NCBI RefSeq assembly: GCF_006345805.1
Contig: NC_042998.1
Span: forward strand, 5,766,001 to 5,830,000
Length of the DNA: 64,000 bases
Direction of reading: 5' to 3'
From: Octopus sinensis
Lineage: Eukaryota
Part shown: piece by piece, positions 12,183 through 24,715 of the stretch
How positions within the stretch are numbered: position 1 is the stretch's first letter
Layout of the letters: every line of letters begins with the position of its first letter
Position numbers and translations under genes: made by a program
The notes under the pieces: generated by a model
Seen by the model: the letters and a program-made list of their open reading frames with translations, nothing else
Database searches by the model: none
Told to the model about the DNA's origin: nothing

Positions 12183-12186
12183 TATA

Positions 12187-12243
<57 letters not shown>

Positions 12244-12540
12244 ATTATTAAGATGGTGAGCTATCATATAAAATACTTAATGGCATTTCTTCTGGTTTTA
12301 TGTTCAGAGTTCAAATTCTGCCATGGTTGAATTAGCCTTGCGTCCTTTTGGAGTTCATAAAACAAGTATTAGTTGAGTACTGGGGTTGAATTAATTACCT
12401 AGGCTCTCCTCCAAATTCCAACCTTATATGGCATTTCACTCACAATCACAAGGTCATGGTTTCAGTTCCTAGACCGGGTCATACATTGTGTTCTTGAGCA
12501 AAACACTCCATCTCATGTTGCTCTGCGATCACTTTGACGC

Positions 12541-13600
12541 ATAATTTTCAGTTCCTTTTTTGATCATTCTAAATGCTCCTACAATCACTGGTATTGTAAA
12601 CGTCTTGAGATGCCACATCTTTTTGATTTTGATTAGCAAATCTTAATATTTTCTGAGCTTATCAAATTCTTTTGTTGAGATATTATGGTCATAGGATATG
12701 CTCATATCAATCAATAAACAGACTTTATTGTTTTGGTCTTTCACAACAATATCTGGTTTGTTTGCTTTGACAGTCCAGTCTGTACATACTGGGAAGTCCC
12801 AAAGAATCGTCACATTTTCTCCATCACTTACAGCCTCAAAGTGGTGCTTGTACCATTTGTCAGCTGTTTTGATTTTATAATGCCGACACATTATCCAATG
12901 TAGATATTGGCCAACTCCATGGTGTCTTGTTTCGTACTCTACAGGTGCTAAAACCTAACACTCAGAGATTAGGTGGTCCACTGTTTCAATCCCATCTTGC
13001 AATATCGGCACTTTGGGTCTACACCATTTTTCATCACATTGGTTTGATAGTTCCAGATCAATAAGCTCTGATCTTGGGCAACCAAGATAAAGCCTTCACT
13101 CTCTGCCTTTAGTCCTGAGCTCCAGAGCCACTGATCAGTGTGCTTCTGATCTACAACAGCTCGTTTGCTATGGGCCACAGAAACAAGGCTCAGGTTTGAT
13201 CTTATTCCTGGTAGTATTTATATGCATAGCCGGTTGCTACCTGTAACCTCAGGTAACCACACGTTTCTGGCAGTCTTTCAAGTGCTTAGAACCCTCCTGC
13301 TAATCATTGCCGTCCCTAAGCTCTTCCACACATTCTATTTCAACCTCCATCAGCCATTTGTCTATATTTTGGCTTACTGTTCCCAACACACCAATTATTA
13401 CAGACACAACCTTTACTCTTCACAGGCTCCAGATTCTTCCTATTTCACATACAAAGGATTGCATTTTCTTTGTTTTTCTTCCTCTTTCTTTATGATCCTG
13501 GAATCAAATGTGAATGATGGGTCGATAAGTAAGTAAATTCGCTTGGCCTTACCTATGACTGAAATATCTGGTCTATTACTTTCTAACTTCATGTCCATTT
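12541..13600 (-). mobile_element. Older Dong/R4 fragment (different subfamily)
   Basis: ILWDFPVCTDWTVKANKPDIVVKD...IDMSIS; SGLKAESEGFILVAQDQSL; stops and frameshifts. Confidence 0.85.
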
Positions 13601-13689
13601 GATTATTATTATTATTATTGTTGTTGCTGTTGTTGTTGTTGCTTCTTCTTCTTCTTCTTCTTCTTCTAATCAGGACTCTTCTAATCAGG

Positions 13690-14152
13690 ACTCACCCCAT
13701 TAGCCACAAAGAATAATCACTAATTCGAGCCTACTCTAAGCTACTAAGAATGCAACTTGAAGATCCACCCATCACACACGATAGACTGGTGGTTGCACGG
13801 GTGTGAAAGCTACGTTGTTATCCTCATTCTGTAAACGTTGGCTTTTAACGGGTGCAGAGCTGAACCATCCTGGGGTACAGAGGATTCGCAATCTAGACTA
13901 CGGTCTGAAAGTTTACCACACCATAGTGGGTTACACCATGGTCCCTCTGCTTTGTGGAAGAAGTAGGAAGAAAGAGTGAGAGAAAGTTGTGGTGAAAGAG
14001 TGCAGCGGGGTTCACCACTACCCACGCCAGAGCCTCATGGAGCTTAGGTGTTTTTGCACAATAAACACTCACAATGCCCGATCAGGGAATCGAAACCGCG
14101 TTCTTACGACCATGAGTCCGCTGACCTAACCACTAGGTCATTGCGCCTCCAC
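13690..14152 (-). mobile_element. SINE family E (tRNA-like head, GAA tail)
   Basis: reverse complement gtggaggcgcaatgacctagtggttagg...gcggtttcgattccc; body shared with 31080-31400. Confidence 0.75.
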
Positions 14153-14624
14153 TTGTTTCTGCTGTTGTTGTTGTTGTTGTTATATCTATTTATTGGCTCT
14201 TAGGGTGTGAAGACATGTTTCTCCTCTATGACTTTAAATAAGGCATTATCAAATGAAATTTTCTTTAGAGTATTTGCCAAAAGGGATTGCAATCACCTGA
14301 GGACTGCCTGTTCTGATGCCTGAAGGAAGACAAAAATAAAGTTTGCTTTTACAGCCTTTACTGTATTCGCTTACATATTTTGACAATATTTCACACCAAA
14401 ATTTCTGACAGATAAACCTTCCACTCAAAGCAAAATACTACAAAATCAAACAAGATGAGAAATATAATGCAAAAAGAAACTGCACATTAAAATGATGAAA
14501 AGTAGAAAACAGTAAACATTTTAATGAATAATTTAATAGAAGAAAAACTATTTTAAACAATTACATTTATGTATTTCTTTTGCAAGATTCTTGGTGTGAA
14601 AACATGTATTGAAATAAATCAGAA

Positions 14625-14840
14625 TCATCATCATCGTTTAACGTCTGCTTTCCATGCTAGCATGGGTTGGACGATTTGACTGAAGTCTAGCGAACCAGAT
14701 GGCTGCACCAGGCTCTAATCTTGATCTGGCAGAGTTTCTACAGCTGGATGCCCTTCCGAACGCCAACCACTCCGAGAGTGTAGTGGGTGCTTTTTATGTG
14801 CCACCGACACAAGAGCCAGTCAGGCAGTACTGGCAATGGC
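14625..14840 (-). mobile_element. SINE family C
   Basis: same tail and core as 680-880. Confidence 0.85.
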
Positions 14841-15134
14841 CACTCTCAAATAGGGCTTTGGGGATAGTAATCTTTTGCCAATTAAACACATGCACTATTT
14901 CATTGATCGTTACTTGAGTTTTGTGATTGTTGTAAAGAAATGGAATTGGCAGGAGAAGAGGAGACATGTGAGGCAGAATGTCACTGAAGAGGTTACAGAA
15001 TGGGTGATGGAAGAACTTGGATGGACAAATAAACTAAAAAATAATAGTAATAAACTAAAGTGAAGATCAAATAAATAGCATATGTATTTTATTGGCAAAG
15101 GATGACCATCTACAAGTACAACAATATTTTGAAA

Positions 15135-15745
15135 AAAAAAAAACACCATCCGAGCGTGGCCGTTCGCCAACCTCGTCTGGCATCTGTGTCGGTGGCACAT
15201 AAAAAACACCATCCAAGCGTAACCGTTCACCAGCCTCGTCTGGCACCTGTGTCGGTGGCACATAAAAAACACCATCCGAGCATGGCCGTTTGCCACCCTC
15301 GTCTGGCATCTGTGTCGGTGGCACATAAAAAACACCATCCGAGCGTGGCCGTTCGCCAGCCTCGTCTGGCATCTGTGTCGGTGGCACATAAAAAACACCA
15401 TCCGAGCATGGCCGTTCGCCACCCTCGTCTGGCATCTGTGTCGGTGGCACATAGAAAACACCATCCGAGCGTGGCCGTTCACCAGCCTTGTCTGGCATCT
15501 GTGTCGGTGGCACATAAAAAACACCATCCGAGCGTGGCCGTTCGCCAGCCTCGTCTGGCACCTGTGTCGGTGGCACATAAAAAGCACAGAGTGGTTGGCG
15601 TTAGGAAGGGCATCCAGCTGTAGAAACACTGTCAGATCAGACTTGCCTGGTGCAGCCTTCTGACTTCCCTGACCCCAGTTGAACCATCCAACCCGTGCTA
15701 GCATGGAAAGCAGACGTTAAACGATGATGATGATTATGATGATGA
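15135..15745 (+). mobile_element. SINE family C with expanded internal repeat
   Basis: ends gcatggaaagcagacgttaaac(gat)n; core gtggttggcgttaggaagggcatccagc. Confidence 0.88.
15138..15578. repeat. 7 x 63-bp minisatellite
   Basis: unit aaaaaacaccatccgagcgtggccgttcgccagcctcgtctggcatctgtgtcggtggcacat. Confidence 0.95.
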
Positions 15746-15978
15746 TAGTAATAAGTTAGCAACAGCACTTTTAACATTTTAAATGGCAGAAATAGTAAGG
15801 GGTAACCACCTCTTGTACAGTCCAAGAAACAAGTGAGCAGCCACCTCACCCCTAATTTCAGCAACTAGGGACACTATTCTATCATCATGTATCAAAGAGA
15901 AGCTAATAAGTGCAGAAGGAAGTATCCAAATTTTCAAGGGAAAATACAAAAAGAAATTAATAAAAGAAAGATGTCATA

Positions 15979-16500
15979 GGCTGTGTGGTAAGTGGCTTGC
16001 TTACCAACCACATGGTCCCAGGTTCAGTCCCACTGCGTGGCACCTTGGGCAAGTGTCTTCTACTATAACCTCGGGCTGTGCAAAGCCTTGTGAGTGGATT
16101 TGGTAGATGGAAACTGAAAGAAGCCCATTGTATATATGTATATGTATATATGTATATGTATATATGTATATGTATATATGTATATGTATATATGTATATG
16201 TATATATGTATATGTATATATGTATATGTTTATATGTATATATGTATATGTATATATGTATATATGTATATATGTATATATGTATATTGTATATGTATAT
16301 ATGTATATGTATATATGTATATGTATATATGTATATGTATCACTTGATGTTTACGTTCCCATAACTTAGTGGTTCAGTAAAAGAGACCAATAGAATAAGT
16401 ACTAGGCTTACAAAGAATAAGTCCTGGGGTCGATTTCCTCAACTAAAGGCAGTGCTCCAGCATGGCTGCAGTCAAATCACTAAAACAAGTAAAAGAGTAA
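15979..16500 (+). mobile_element. SINE family A with expanded (TATATG)n
   Basis: head and tail match family A; internal microsatellite 16130-16340. Confidence 0.88.
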
Positions 16501-17396
16501 AGCTTGGCAATTCATCATGCAAAGACCAATGGAATAAAGTTGTATACTTGACAACAAGTGATATTAACTGTCAGCAAGAGCATCTGGCTATAGAATACTG
16601 CCTTAAGAAGTCTCATCTAACTCATACTAGCATGGAAACAATGAACATAAAAATGGTGAGGATGGTAGAAACATCTGGCCTAGAGGCAATAACATCTGAT
16701 TCAACAAAGCTTGTTTTGTTGTGTGGGAGATGGATGATAGCAAGCAGCTCCTATGTCACAGTGGAAAGGGTCAAAACACCTACAAAGGTGCTTTACTGCC
16801 TGATAAGAGATCAATTCAGAGATGGGTTGCTGCTGCACCCTCAGTGCACAAGTTTTCACTCTAAATGACTCAGAACAAGAACATTTAGTGATGGGAAATC
16901 AGAATGTCGCTCAGATCTCCAATTACCCTTTAATACAAAAGTGGGTAAATGTCTCGTCTCTCCTATAAAATTACAAATAAAATATGTGAAGAGATTCTTC
17001 CAGCCAAAACAAACTCAACATTTTCCACTGATACTTCAACAACCATACACGAAGACACCACTTCCCTCTCCACCATAAGCTTCCTTTTCAAGTGGTACTT
17101 GTAAAAGTTGATGAAGATTTGTCTGGAAAGGAAACTGTTGTGTCAATCAATGTTCTTTATGATTTTTTATAGTCAGTATACACAAATACCGTATGTTGTG
17201 CAGAATTTTTTTCTTGAGACAAATGTGGAGACTGACAACTGTATAATAATCACAATTATCAATTTACTGATTGAGAAAAATGTGTTGGCACACCCATGTG
17301 CACAAATCTGAAATAAGACAGTCTGGGGAGTAGTCTTTGAATTATATCCACCTTATAACCCTTTCTTTTTCATCCTAACCAGAAACAAATACTGTG

Positions 17397-17564
17397 AAGT
17401 AGGAGTGGCTGTGTGGTAAGTAGCTTGCTAAAGAACCACATGGTTCCGGGTTCAGTCCCACTGCGTGGCACCTTGGGCAACTATCTTCTTCTATAGCCTC
17501 GGGCTAAGCAAAGCCTTGTGAGCAGATTTGGTAGATGGAAACTGTAAGAAGCCCGTCGTATATA

Positions 17565-17596
<32 letters not shown>

Positions 17597-18873
17597 CGGT
17601 GGTGCCCCAGCATGGCCGCGGCCTTCGGGCTAAAACATTTTTAAGGATTTTTAAGGATTTAAGGATTTATGTGTGTGTGTTTATTTGTTCCCCCAACATT
17701 GTTTGACAACCGATACTGGTGTATTTACGTCCCTGTAACTTAGCAGTTCAGCAAAAGTGCCCCATAGAATAAATACTAGGGTTACAATGAATAAGTCCTG
17801 GGGTCGATTTGCTCAACTAAAGACGGTGCTCCAGCATGGCCACAGTCAAATGACTGAAACAAGTAAAAGAGAGAGTAAAGGGAGTAAGTATTTTGACTGA
17901 TTCTCCAGCAATTCTCTCAATCCACTGCTATAACAATAATGATGGACTCTCCCATCGAAGTCAACATATAGGTGCAGGAGTGGCTGTGTGGTAAGTAGCT
18001 TGCTTACCAACCACATGGTTCCGGATTCAGTCCCACTGCCTGGCATCTTGGGCAATTGTCTTCAACTATTGCCCTGGGCTGACCATTGCCTTGTGAGTGG
18101 ATTTGGTAGACGGAAACTGAAAGAAGCCTGTCGTATATATGTATATATATATATGCGTGTGTGTGTTTGTGTGTGTGTGTTTATTTGTTCCCCCAACATT
18201 GTTTGACAACCGATACTGGTGTATTTACGTCCCTGTAACTTAGCAGTTCAGCAAAAGTGCCCCATAGAATAAATACTAGGGTTACAATGAATAAGTCCTG
18301 GGGTCGATTGCTCAACTAAAGACGGTGCTCCAGCATGGCCACAGTCAAATGACTGAAACAAGTAAAAGAGAGAGTAAAGGGAGTAAGTATTTTGACTGAT
18401 TCTCCAGCAATTCTCTCAATCCACTGCTATAACAATAATGATGGACTCTCCCATCGAAGTCAACATATAGGTGCAGGAGTGGCTGTGTGGTAAGTAGCTT
18501 GCTTACCAACCACATGGTTCCGGATTCAGTCCCACTGCATGGCATCTTGGGCAATTGTCTTCAACTATTGCCCTGGGCTGACCATTGCCTTGTGAGTGGA
18601 TTTGGTAGACGGAAACTGAAAGAAGCCTGTCGTATATATGTATATATATATATGCGTGTGTGTGTTTGTGTGTCTGTGTTTGTCCCCCTAGCATTGCTTG
18701 ACAACCGATGCTGGCGTGTTTACGTCCCCGTCACCTAGCGGTTTGGCAAAAGAGACCGATAGAATAAGTACTGGGCTTACAAAGAATAAGTCCCGGGGTC
18801 GATTTGCTCGACTAAAGGCGGTGCTCCAGCATGGCCACAGTCAAATGACTGAAACAAGTAAAAGAATAAAAGA
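17397..18873 (+). repeat. Three head-to-tail family A SINEs containing a 499-bp tandem duplication
   Basis: 17671-18170 repeated at 18170-18670 with two differences seen; identical ~95-bp spacers. Confidence 0.93.
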
Positions 18874-19201
18874 GTATATGAATGTTCAGCTTTTTGTTGA
18901 ACGACCTGCACAAATAATTTATTTATAGCGATCATGTCACGAATGATTTGTTTATTGAGTTAGTGCCACACATTAGCCCACTCTCTCTCCATCAAATCAA
19001 CATTGTCTGAACAGGCGTATAGTGTACTATGTGTCAGGTGTCAAAGTGATTGCAGAGAAATGTGAGATTAAATGTTTTTTTGGCTCAAGAACACAACACA
19101 CCACCGGGTTCTGTAATTGAAATCATGATCAAGTGATCGCAAGTGCAACGCCCTAACCACTAAGCCATGTACCCCCTCACTAATAACAATGATAAAAACA
19201 A

Positions 19202-19235
<34 letters not shown>

Positions 19236-19505
19236 GGTGGTGGTGGTGGTGGTGGTTGTGGTGGTGGTGGTGGTGGTGGTGGTGGTGGTGATGATGATGA
19301 TGATGATCCTTTTTAGTATATGGGGGAAAGAGAGCAAGTTGATTACTTGTTTTATTGATCATGACAGGATCAAAGGCAAGGTCAACCATAGTGGAATTCG
19401 AACTCAGATCATAAAGATTGATAAAATGCTGCTAAGAATTGTGTCCAGCATGTTAACAATTCTAGCAGCTTGCTGCCTTAATAATAATAATAATAATAAT
19501 AATAA

Positions 19506-20033
19506 ATGCCCTGATGCAGTACCAGGCAGTGGCTCCCATGGCTTCTGATCCTAACTGATTGGAAGTGTTATCATGTACATTGTTTTGTCTTGGTATAAAA
19601 GATGGGCTACAGCAAATATTCTGCTCAATACCACAGGTTTCCTTGTCAGTTGTTTGACCTTAACCAGTTGAGCATGTCCCTTAGTGGCTGACAATATGTG
19701 CATCTTTGACCACGTGCAGACATAGTGGGGGAGCATCATAGCCATGTTTTGAAAGGAATTCTTCTTTAATAAAGGAAACAAGGGTGGTTCACAATCCTTA
19801 TTCAGGGACCTTTTGAGTGGGATGGGTAACTCGACCAGAAGAAAATTCTAACTGGGCCCCACCTGCAAGGTCATGTGCTTTTTATCTTGATATGAGATCA
19901 CCATGTCATGTACATATGGTTGTGATGCATGTGCTTGGAGTACCCTTATCAGACGGGTAGTCATGATGGGTATATTGGGCTTCGTATATTTTACCCCAGT
20001 GTCACTTTGATGGCAATCACTTCTCTTTCACTC
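19506..20033 (+). mobile_element. ~545-bp TAA-flanked element, plus-strand copy with internal deletion
   Basis: (aat)n-atgccctgatgcagtaccaggc...ttctctttcactc-(aat)n; reverse complement of 10616-11161. Confidence 0.85.
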
Positions 20034-20039
20034 AATAAT

Positions 20040-20720
20040 AATAATAATAATAATCCTTTCTACTAAAAGCACAAAGCCGGAAATTTCGGGGGTGGGGTAA
20101 GTCAAACACATTGACACCAGTGCACCACAGGTACTTACTTTATCGACCTTAAAAGGATGAACAGCAAAGTCAATCTGAACAGAATTTAAACTCAGAATTT
20201 AAAGACAAATAAAATGCTACCAAGTATTCTGTCCGGTCTGCTAATGGTTCTGACACCTTGCCTCTTATATAAGAAGAAATATTGGCTTCAAATTTTGGCA
20301 CAAGGCCAGTAATTTCGAGGGAAGGGGCTAATCGACTGCATTGACCCCCAGTGCACAACAGGTAATCATTTTATCGACTTCAAAAGGACGAAGGGCAAAG
20401 TCAACATCAGCAGAATTTGAACTCAGAATGTAGAAACAGACAAAATACCACCAAACATTTTGCTTGATGCAGTAATGATTCTGCCAGCTCACCACGTTGG
20501 ATTGTGTCTTTAACATTGGTTTAAAGTTTTGGTACAAGGCCAGCAAATTCGGAGAGGGGAGAAATTGATTACATCGACACCTAGTGCACAATTAGTACTT
20601 GATTTTTATCAACTCTGAAATGATGAAAAGCCAAGCCTACCTTGGCAGAATTTGAACTCAGAACATAAAGACAGACAAAATGCCACTAAGTATTAGGTTT
20701 ATGATTCTGCCAGCTTACAA
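20040..20720 (-). mobile_element. Three tandem family B SINEs
   Basis: three ~220-bp diverged units, each with gcagaatttgaactcagaa or a close variant. Confidence 0.75.
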
Positions 20721-20757
20721 CCTTAGACTGGGTCTTTAGTATTATCATTTTTATTTA

Positions 20758-20995
20758 GTTGTGTCTGGGGAGAGTCATTTTCTTTTTGTGCCTTATAATT
20801 TAACACACTCATTGATAAAATTTCCACTTATTCCTTATTTTATTTTCAATAGTCTTGACTCAATACTATTGAAAAGATTGCAAGACGCAACGAAAAGTTT
20901 AGGAAAATAAAAATAAGAAAAAAAGTGGAAATTTTACTGGTGAATGTGTTAAATTAATAAGGCACAAAAAGAAAATGACTCTCCCCAGACACAAC
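20758..20995. mobile_element. Fold-back MITE
   Basis: perfect 39-bp terminal inverted repeat gttgtgtctggggagagtcattttctttttgtgccttat; arms continue imperfectly to about 95 bp. Confidence 0.9.
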
Positions 20996-21482
20996 AGAAT
21001 ATGCTTCAACACACGAACTCCTATAAAGAATCTTGCAAACCAAATCCAAAAACAAAATATTTTTATTTAGTCTACTTGAATTTGTTTTAGGTAAAGACAG
21101 AAGTAAGCAGGATGCGATAGAATAGAGAACTAGCATTTTAACTCTTTTGCTACCATTTTTTTTTTTTTTTGAAATTACACTGATTTTGAGTAAATTTTGA
21201 AAATAAGGAAGAATTCAGTAAAATAACTTGGTCATGACGAAGCTGGTGTTGAGAACATAAATTAACTTGAAATTTTGATGAGATGTTTTAATTTTACATC
21301 ACTTTAAAATGAGAAGTTTGTGTCATAGAACCAGGGACAGTCTCGGGAGAGTGCGGGACTTATCTAAGTGGTTAATGCTGGAATGTAGAACATGTTTTAA
21401 TGTAATTATTTGAGCTACTAAAAACAGCAGCTAAATTTCCTTTATATCAATGATATTCAAAATCACTTTGGTCAACAGAGTA

Positions 21483-21697
21483 TTAACCCTTTTGTAACTG
21501 TATTTATTTTCAGATGCTCTGTGTTTCTTTCAATTACTTTAAATACAATAAAAATTTTAGTAATCATTAAGCTTTGTGTTAGGAACACAAATTGTGACTA
21601 AGATTTGGTGGAAGATTTTAATTCAAAACTTATAAAAAGAAGAGATTTGCACTCAGAGCTGGAGCCGGTTTCAGCCGGGTTGGTAACGGAAAGATTC
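21483..21697. mobile_element. piggyBac-like MITE (degenerate)
   Basis: ttaa-cccttttgtaac ... ggtaacggaaaga; a related degenerate copy lies at 21138-21375. Confidence 0.55.
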
Positions 21698-22094
21698 AAT
21701 AGTATTAAATACATGATGCTTGTAAAGAAAAACGGTGAATTGGTCGTAGCTAGGATGCTTTTAATTATTGACTTGCTCGAAGAAGGCTGACCTGGGGTTA
21801 AACAATAGCAATAATCACAACAAAACAGACACAATAAAAAAATGGTTTTTATTTAGAATTTTTGTGTATTTTTAATCCCTTGCTAAAAATACCAAAGAGG
21901 TTTTAATGCAGAATAAATGTAAGGTTGCAGGCATTGCTGTGTGGTTGAGAAGTTCACTTCTCAACCACATGGTTTTGGTTTCAGTTCCACTGCAAGGCAC
22001 CTTGGGCAAGTGTCTTCTACTGTAGCCTTGGATCAGCTAAAGACTTGTGAGTGGATTTGGTAGATGGAAACTGAAAGAAGCTTGTTATATACAT

Positions 22095-22602
22095 GTATGT
22101 GTGAGTGTGTGCATGTGTGTGTCTGTATGTGTGTGTGCAAGTGTGTGTGTTTGTGTGTGTATGTATTTGTGTGTGTATGTGTGTGTTTGTGTATGTGTGC
22201 GTTTGTGTTTGTGTGTATGTGTGTGTTTGTGTGTGTGTTTGCGTGTTTGTGTATGTGTGTGTATGTGTGTGTTTGTGTGTGTGTATGTGTGTGTATGTGT
22301 GCGTGTGTATGTGTGTGTTTGTGTATGTGTGTGTGTATGTGTGTGTACGTGTGTGTGTGTATGTGTGTGTTTGTGTGTGTATGTATTTGTGTGTGTGTGT
22401 TGCTCTTGATATTGTGCAATAGTTGTAAGCACGATTCACCATCTCACAAACAGTGTTGTTTGTTTCCAGTTTTTCTGTCACAGACATGTCAAGATGATGA
22501 TGATGATGATGATGATGGCGGTGACGATGACGGTGATGATGGTGATGGTGGTGGTGGTGGTGGTGGTGGTGGTGGTGGTGGTAGTGGTGGTGGTGATGTT
22601 GT

Positions 22603-22653
<51 letters not shown>

Positions 22654-22870
22654 CGGTGATGATGGTGATGGTGGTGGTGTTAGTGGTGGTGGTGATGTTG
22701 ATGATGATGATGATGACGGTGGTGATGGTGATGGTGGTGGTGGTGGTGGTGGTGGTGATGTTGATCATGAGGATGATGATGATGATCATGATGATGATGA
22801 TGATGACGACGACGACAACGATGACAGCAGCAACAATAGCGAGAGGACAGCAACAATGATGACCGACTAC
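22095..22870. repeat. (GT)n followed by (GAT)n/(GGT)n microsatellites
   Basis: direct inspection; the GT tract follows a family A SINE head at 21925-22090. Confidence 0.95.
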
Positions 22871-23942
22871 GATGACAATGGCGGCGATGACTGTGATGGG
22901 GGAACGATGACAACCGTGTCAATGATGATGATGATATCTGTAAAGAATTTGAAAAAAGCTAAATGAGATTTCCAAATACATTTATATGACATGAACATAA
23001 ATCTCACAATAGAGTTTTACTGAAAATTAAAATATAAGGAATTAAAAAAAAATATATATATAAAAAGAATACTTTTTTAATTTAAATTAAAGTGTTTTCT
23101 TTATATGAATTATAGAATTATAGGATTTTTTTTTTGTTTTTTCATAATAAATATTATAAAATTTTATATCACGTTTTGTATATTTTAGCTTCGGAACAAA
23201 AGAAAAAAACTGAGGTTGTTACACATTAAAGCGTATACATACAACAGTTTAAATGACACTGAAACGAGAAATATATATTTGTGTGTTGAGAGACTACCTT
23301 GTATTGACTAAAAGTGATTGCTTGACCAACTAGAAATAACAACTAAATCTCCCTCAAATGACAGCCCTGCCAATTGCAATGAGGTGAAAGGAGACGTGTT
23401 AGGTAATTGATGTAGTTGTAGACAGCCTTCTTGGCTGAAGTGGTTATACACACAGAATCAGGGTTGTATGAAAATCTTGTTGCAGATAAAGAACAATTTG
23501 ATTTCGGCATTCATCATCGTTTATCATCATTAACAGTCATTTGACTGTGGCCATGCTGAAGCATCACCTTGAAGTGTTCTAGTTGAACAGATTGACCAAG
23601 GACATATTCTTTTTGTAAGCATGATGCTTATTGTATCAGTCTATTTTTGTTGAATTGCTAAGCTATGGGGACGTAAACACACCAGCACTGGTTGTCAAGT
23701 GGTGCTGAGTGGGACAACCAAACACACACACACACACACACACACATGACTGGCTTCTTTCAATTTCAGTCTACAAAATCCACTTACAAGGCTTTGTTTG
23801 ACAATGAAGAAGAAGAAGAAGCAACAACAACAACAACAATAATAATAATCAAATTATGATGCTGTTTTTCCATTAATTTGTCCAACCTCTGTATGTTGTA
23901 TGTATATATATACATATATATATACATATATATATGTGTGTG

Positions 23943-23974
<32 letters not shown>

Positions 23975-24145
23975 TGTATGTATGTATGTATGTATGTATG
24001 CATCTATCTATCTATATATATATACACACACACATATAATATTAATAATTGATTAAGAAAACGGATGGATTTGGTATTGGTTTTTATTTTGTTAAATGAT
24101 AGCTTCCTTCCTTCCTTCCTTCTTCTAAATGTGTGTGTCTGTGTG

Positions 24146-24183
<38 letters not shown>

Positions 24184-24193
24184 TAGCTAGATA

Positions 24194-24715
24194 CCGTAAA
24201 TCCTCGAGTATAATCCGCACTTTTTTCTCAAAATTTAATGGTCAAAATCCCTAGTGTGTACTATATACAAGGTTAAAAATGAAAAATATTTTCTAAGCAA
24301 TGTCCGAGTCTCTATTTGCTGTCCAGCAATGTATATTCAGACGCATTTTGTGATGTCGGGCGTGAAAATACCTTAAGCTAAGCCTGAAAGCAATGGAGTC
24401 ATAAAAGAATCATCCATAACTTGCAGTAAGCAACATTTATTAAAATAAAAGTATTCAGAACACAGAATAACATATAGCAAAAACAATTTACAAACATATT
24501 TACATTCCCATATAACAGTTAAGAACATCACCATTATTGTATTACACTTGCACTGAAGTGTTTGTTCAACTAGGTGCTGCTGGCTTAATTACGCACAACT
24601 TGAGTTAGAGAAGGGGTGTGTATCATACACAAGGTTTAGGTTTTTCAGACGTACAAACCTCTAAAAATCCCCTGCGTATTATACTCAACAGTGGATTATA
24701 CTCAAGGATTTATAG
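24194..24715. mobile_element. Tigger/pogo-type MITE
   Basis: TA-ccgtaaatcctcgagtataatccgc ... gtggattatactcaaggatttatag-TA: TIRs and TA target duplication. Confidence 0.88.

Noticed and set aside
15138-15578. CRISPR-like array or repeat-protein gene
   Set aside because: Units are contiguous without unique spacers, lie inside a SINE, and are open on both strands only because 63 is divisible by 3.
16452-16868. 138-aa plus-strand ORF
   Set aside because: Begins in a SINE tail, overlaps a decayed SINE on the opposite strand, and has no recognisable domain or splice signals.
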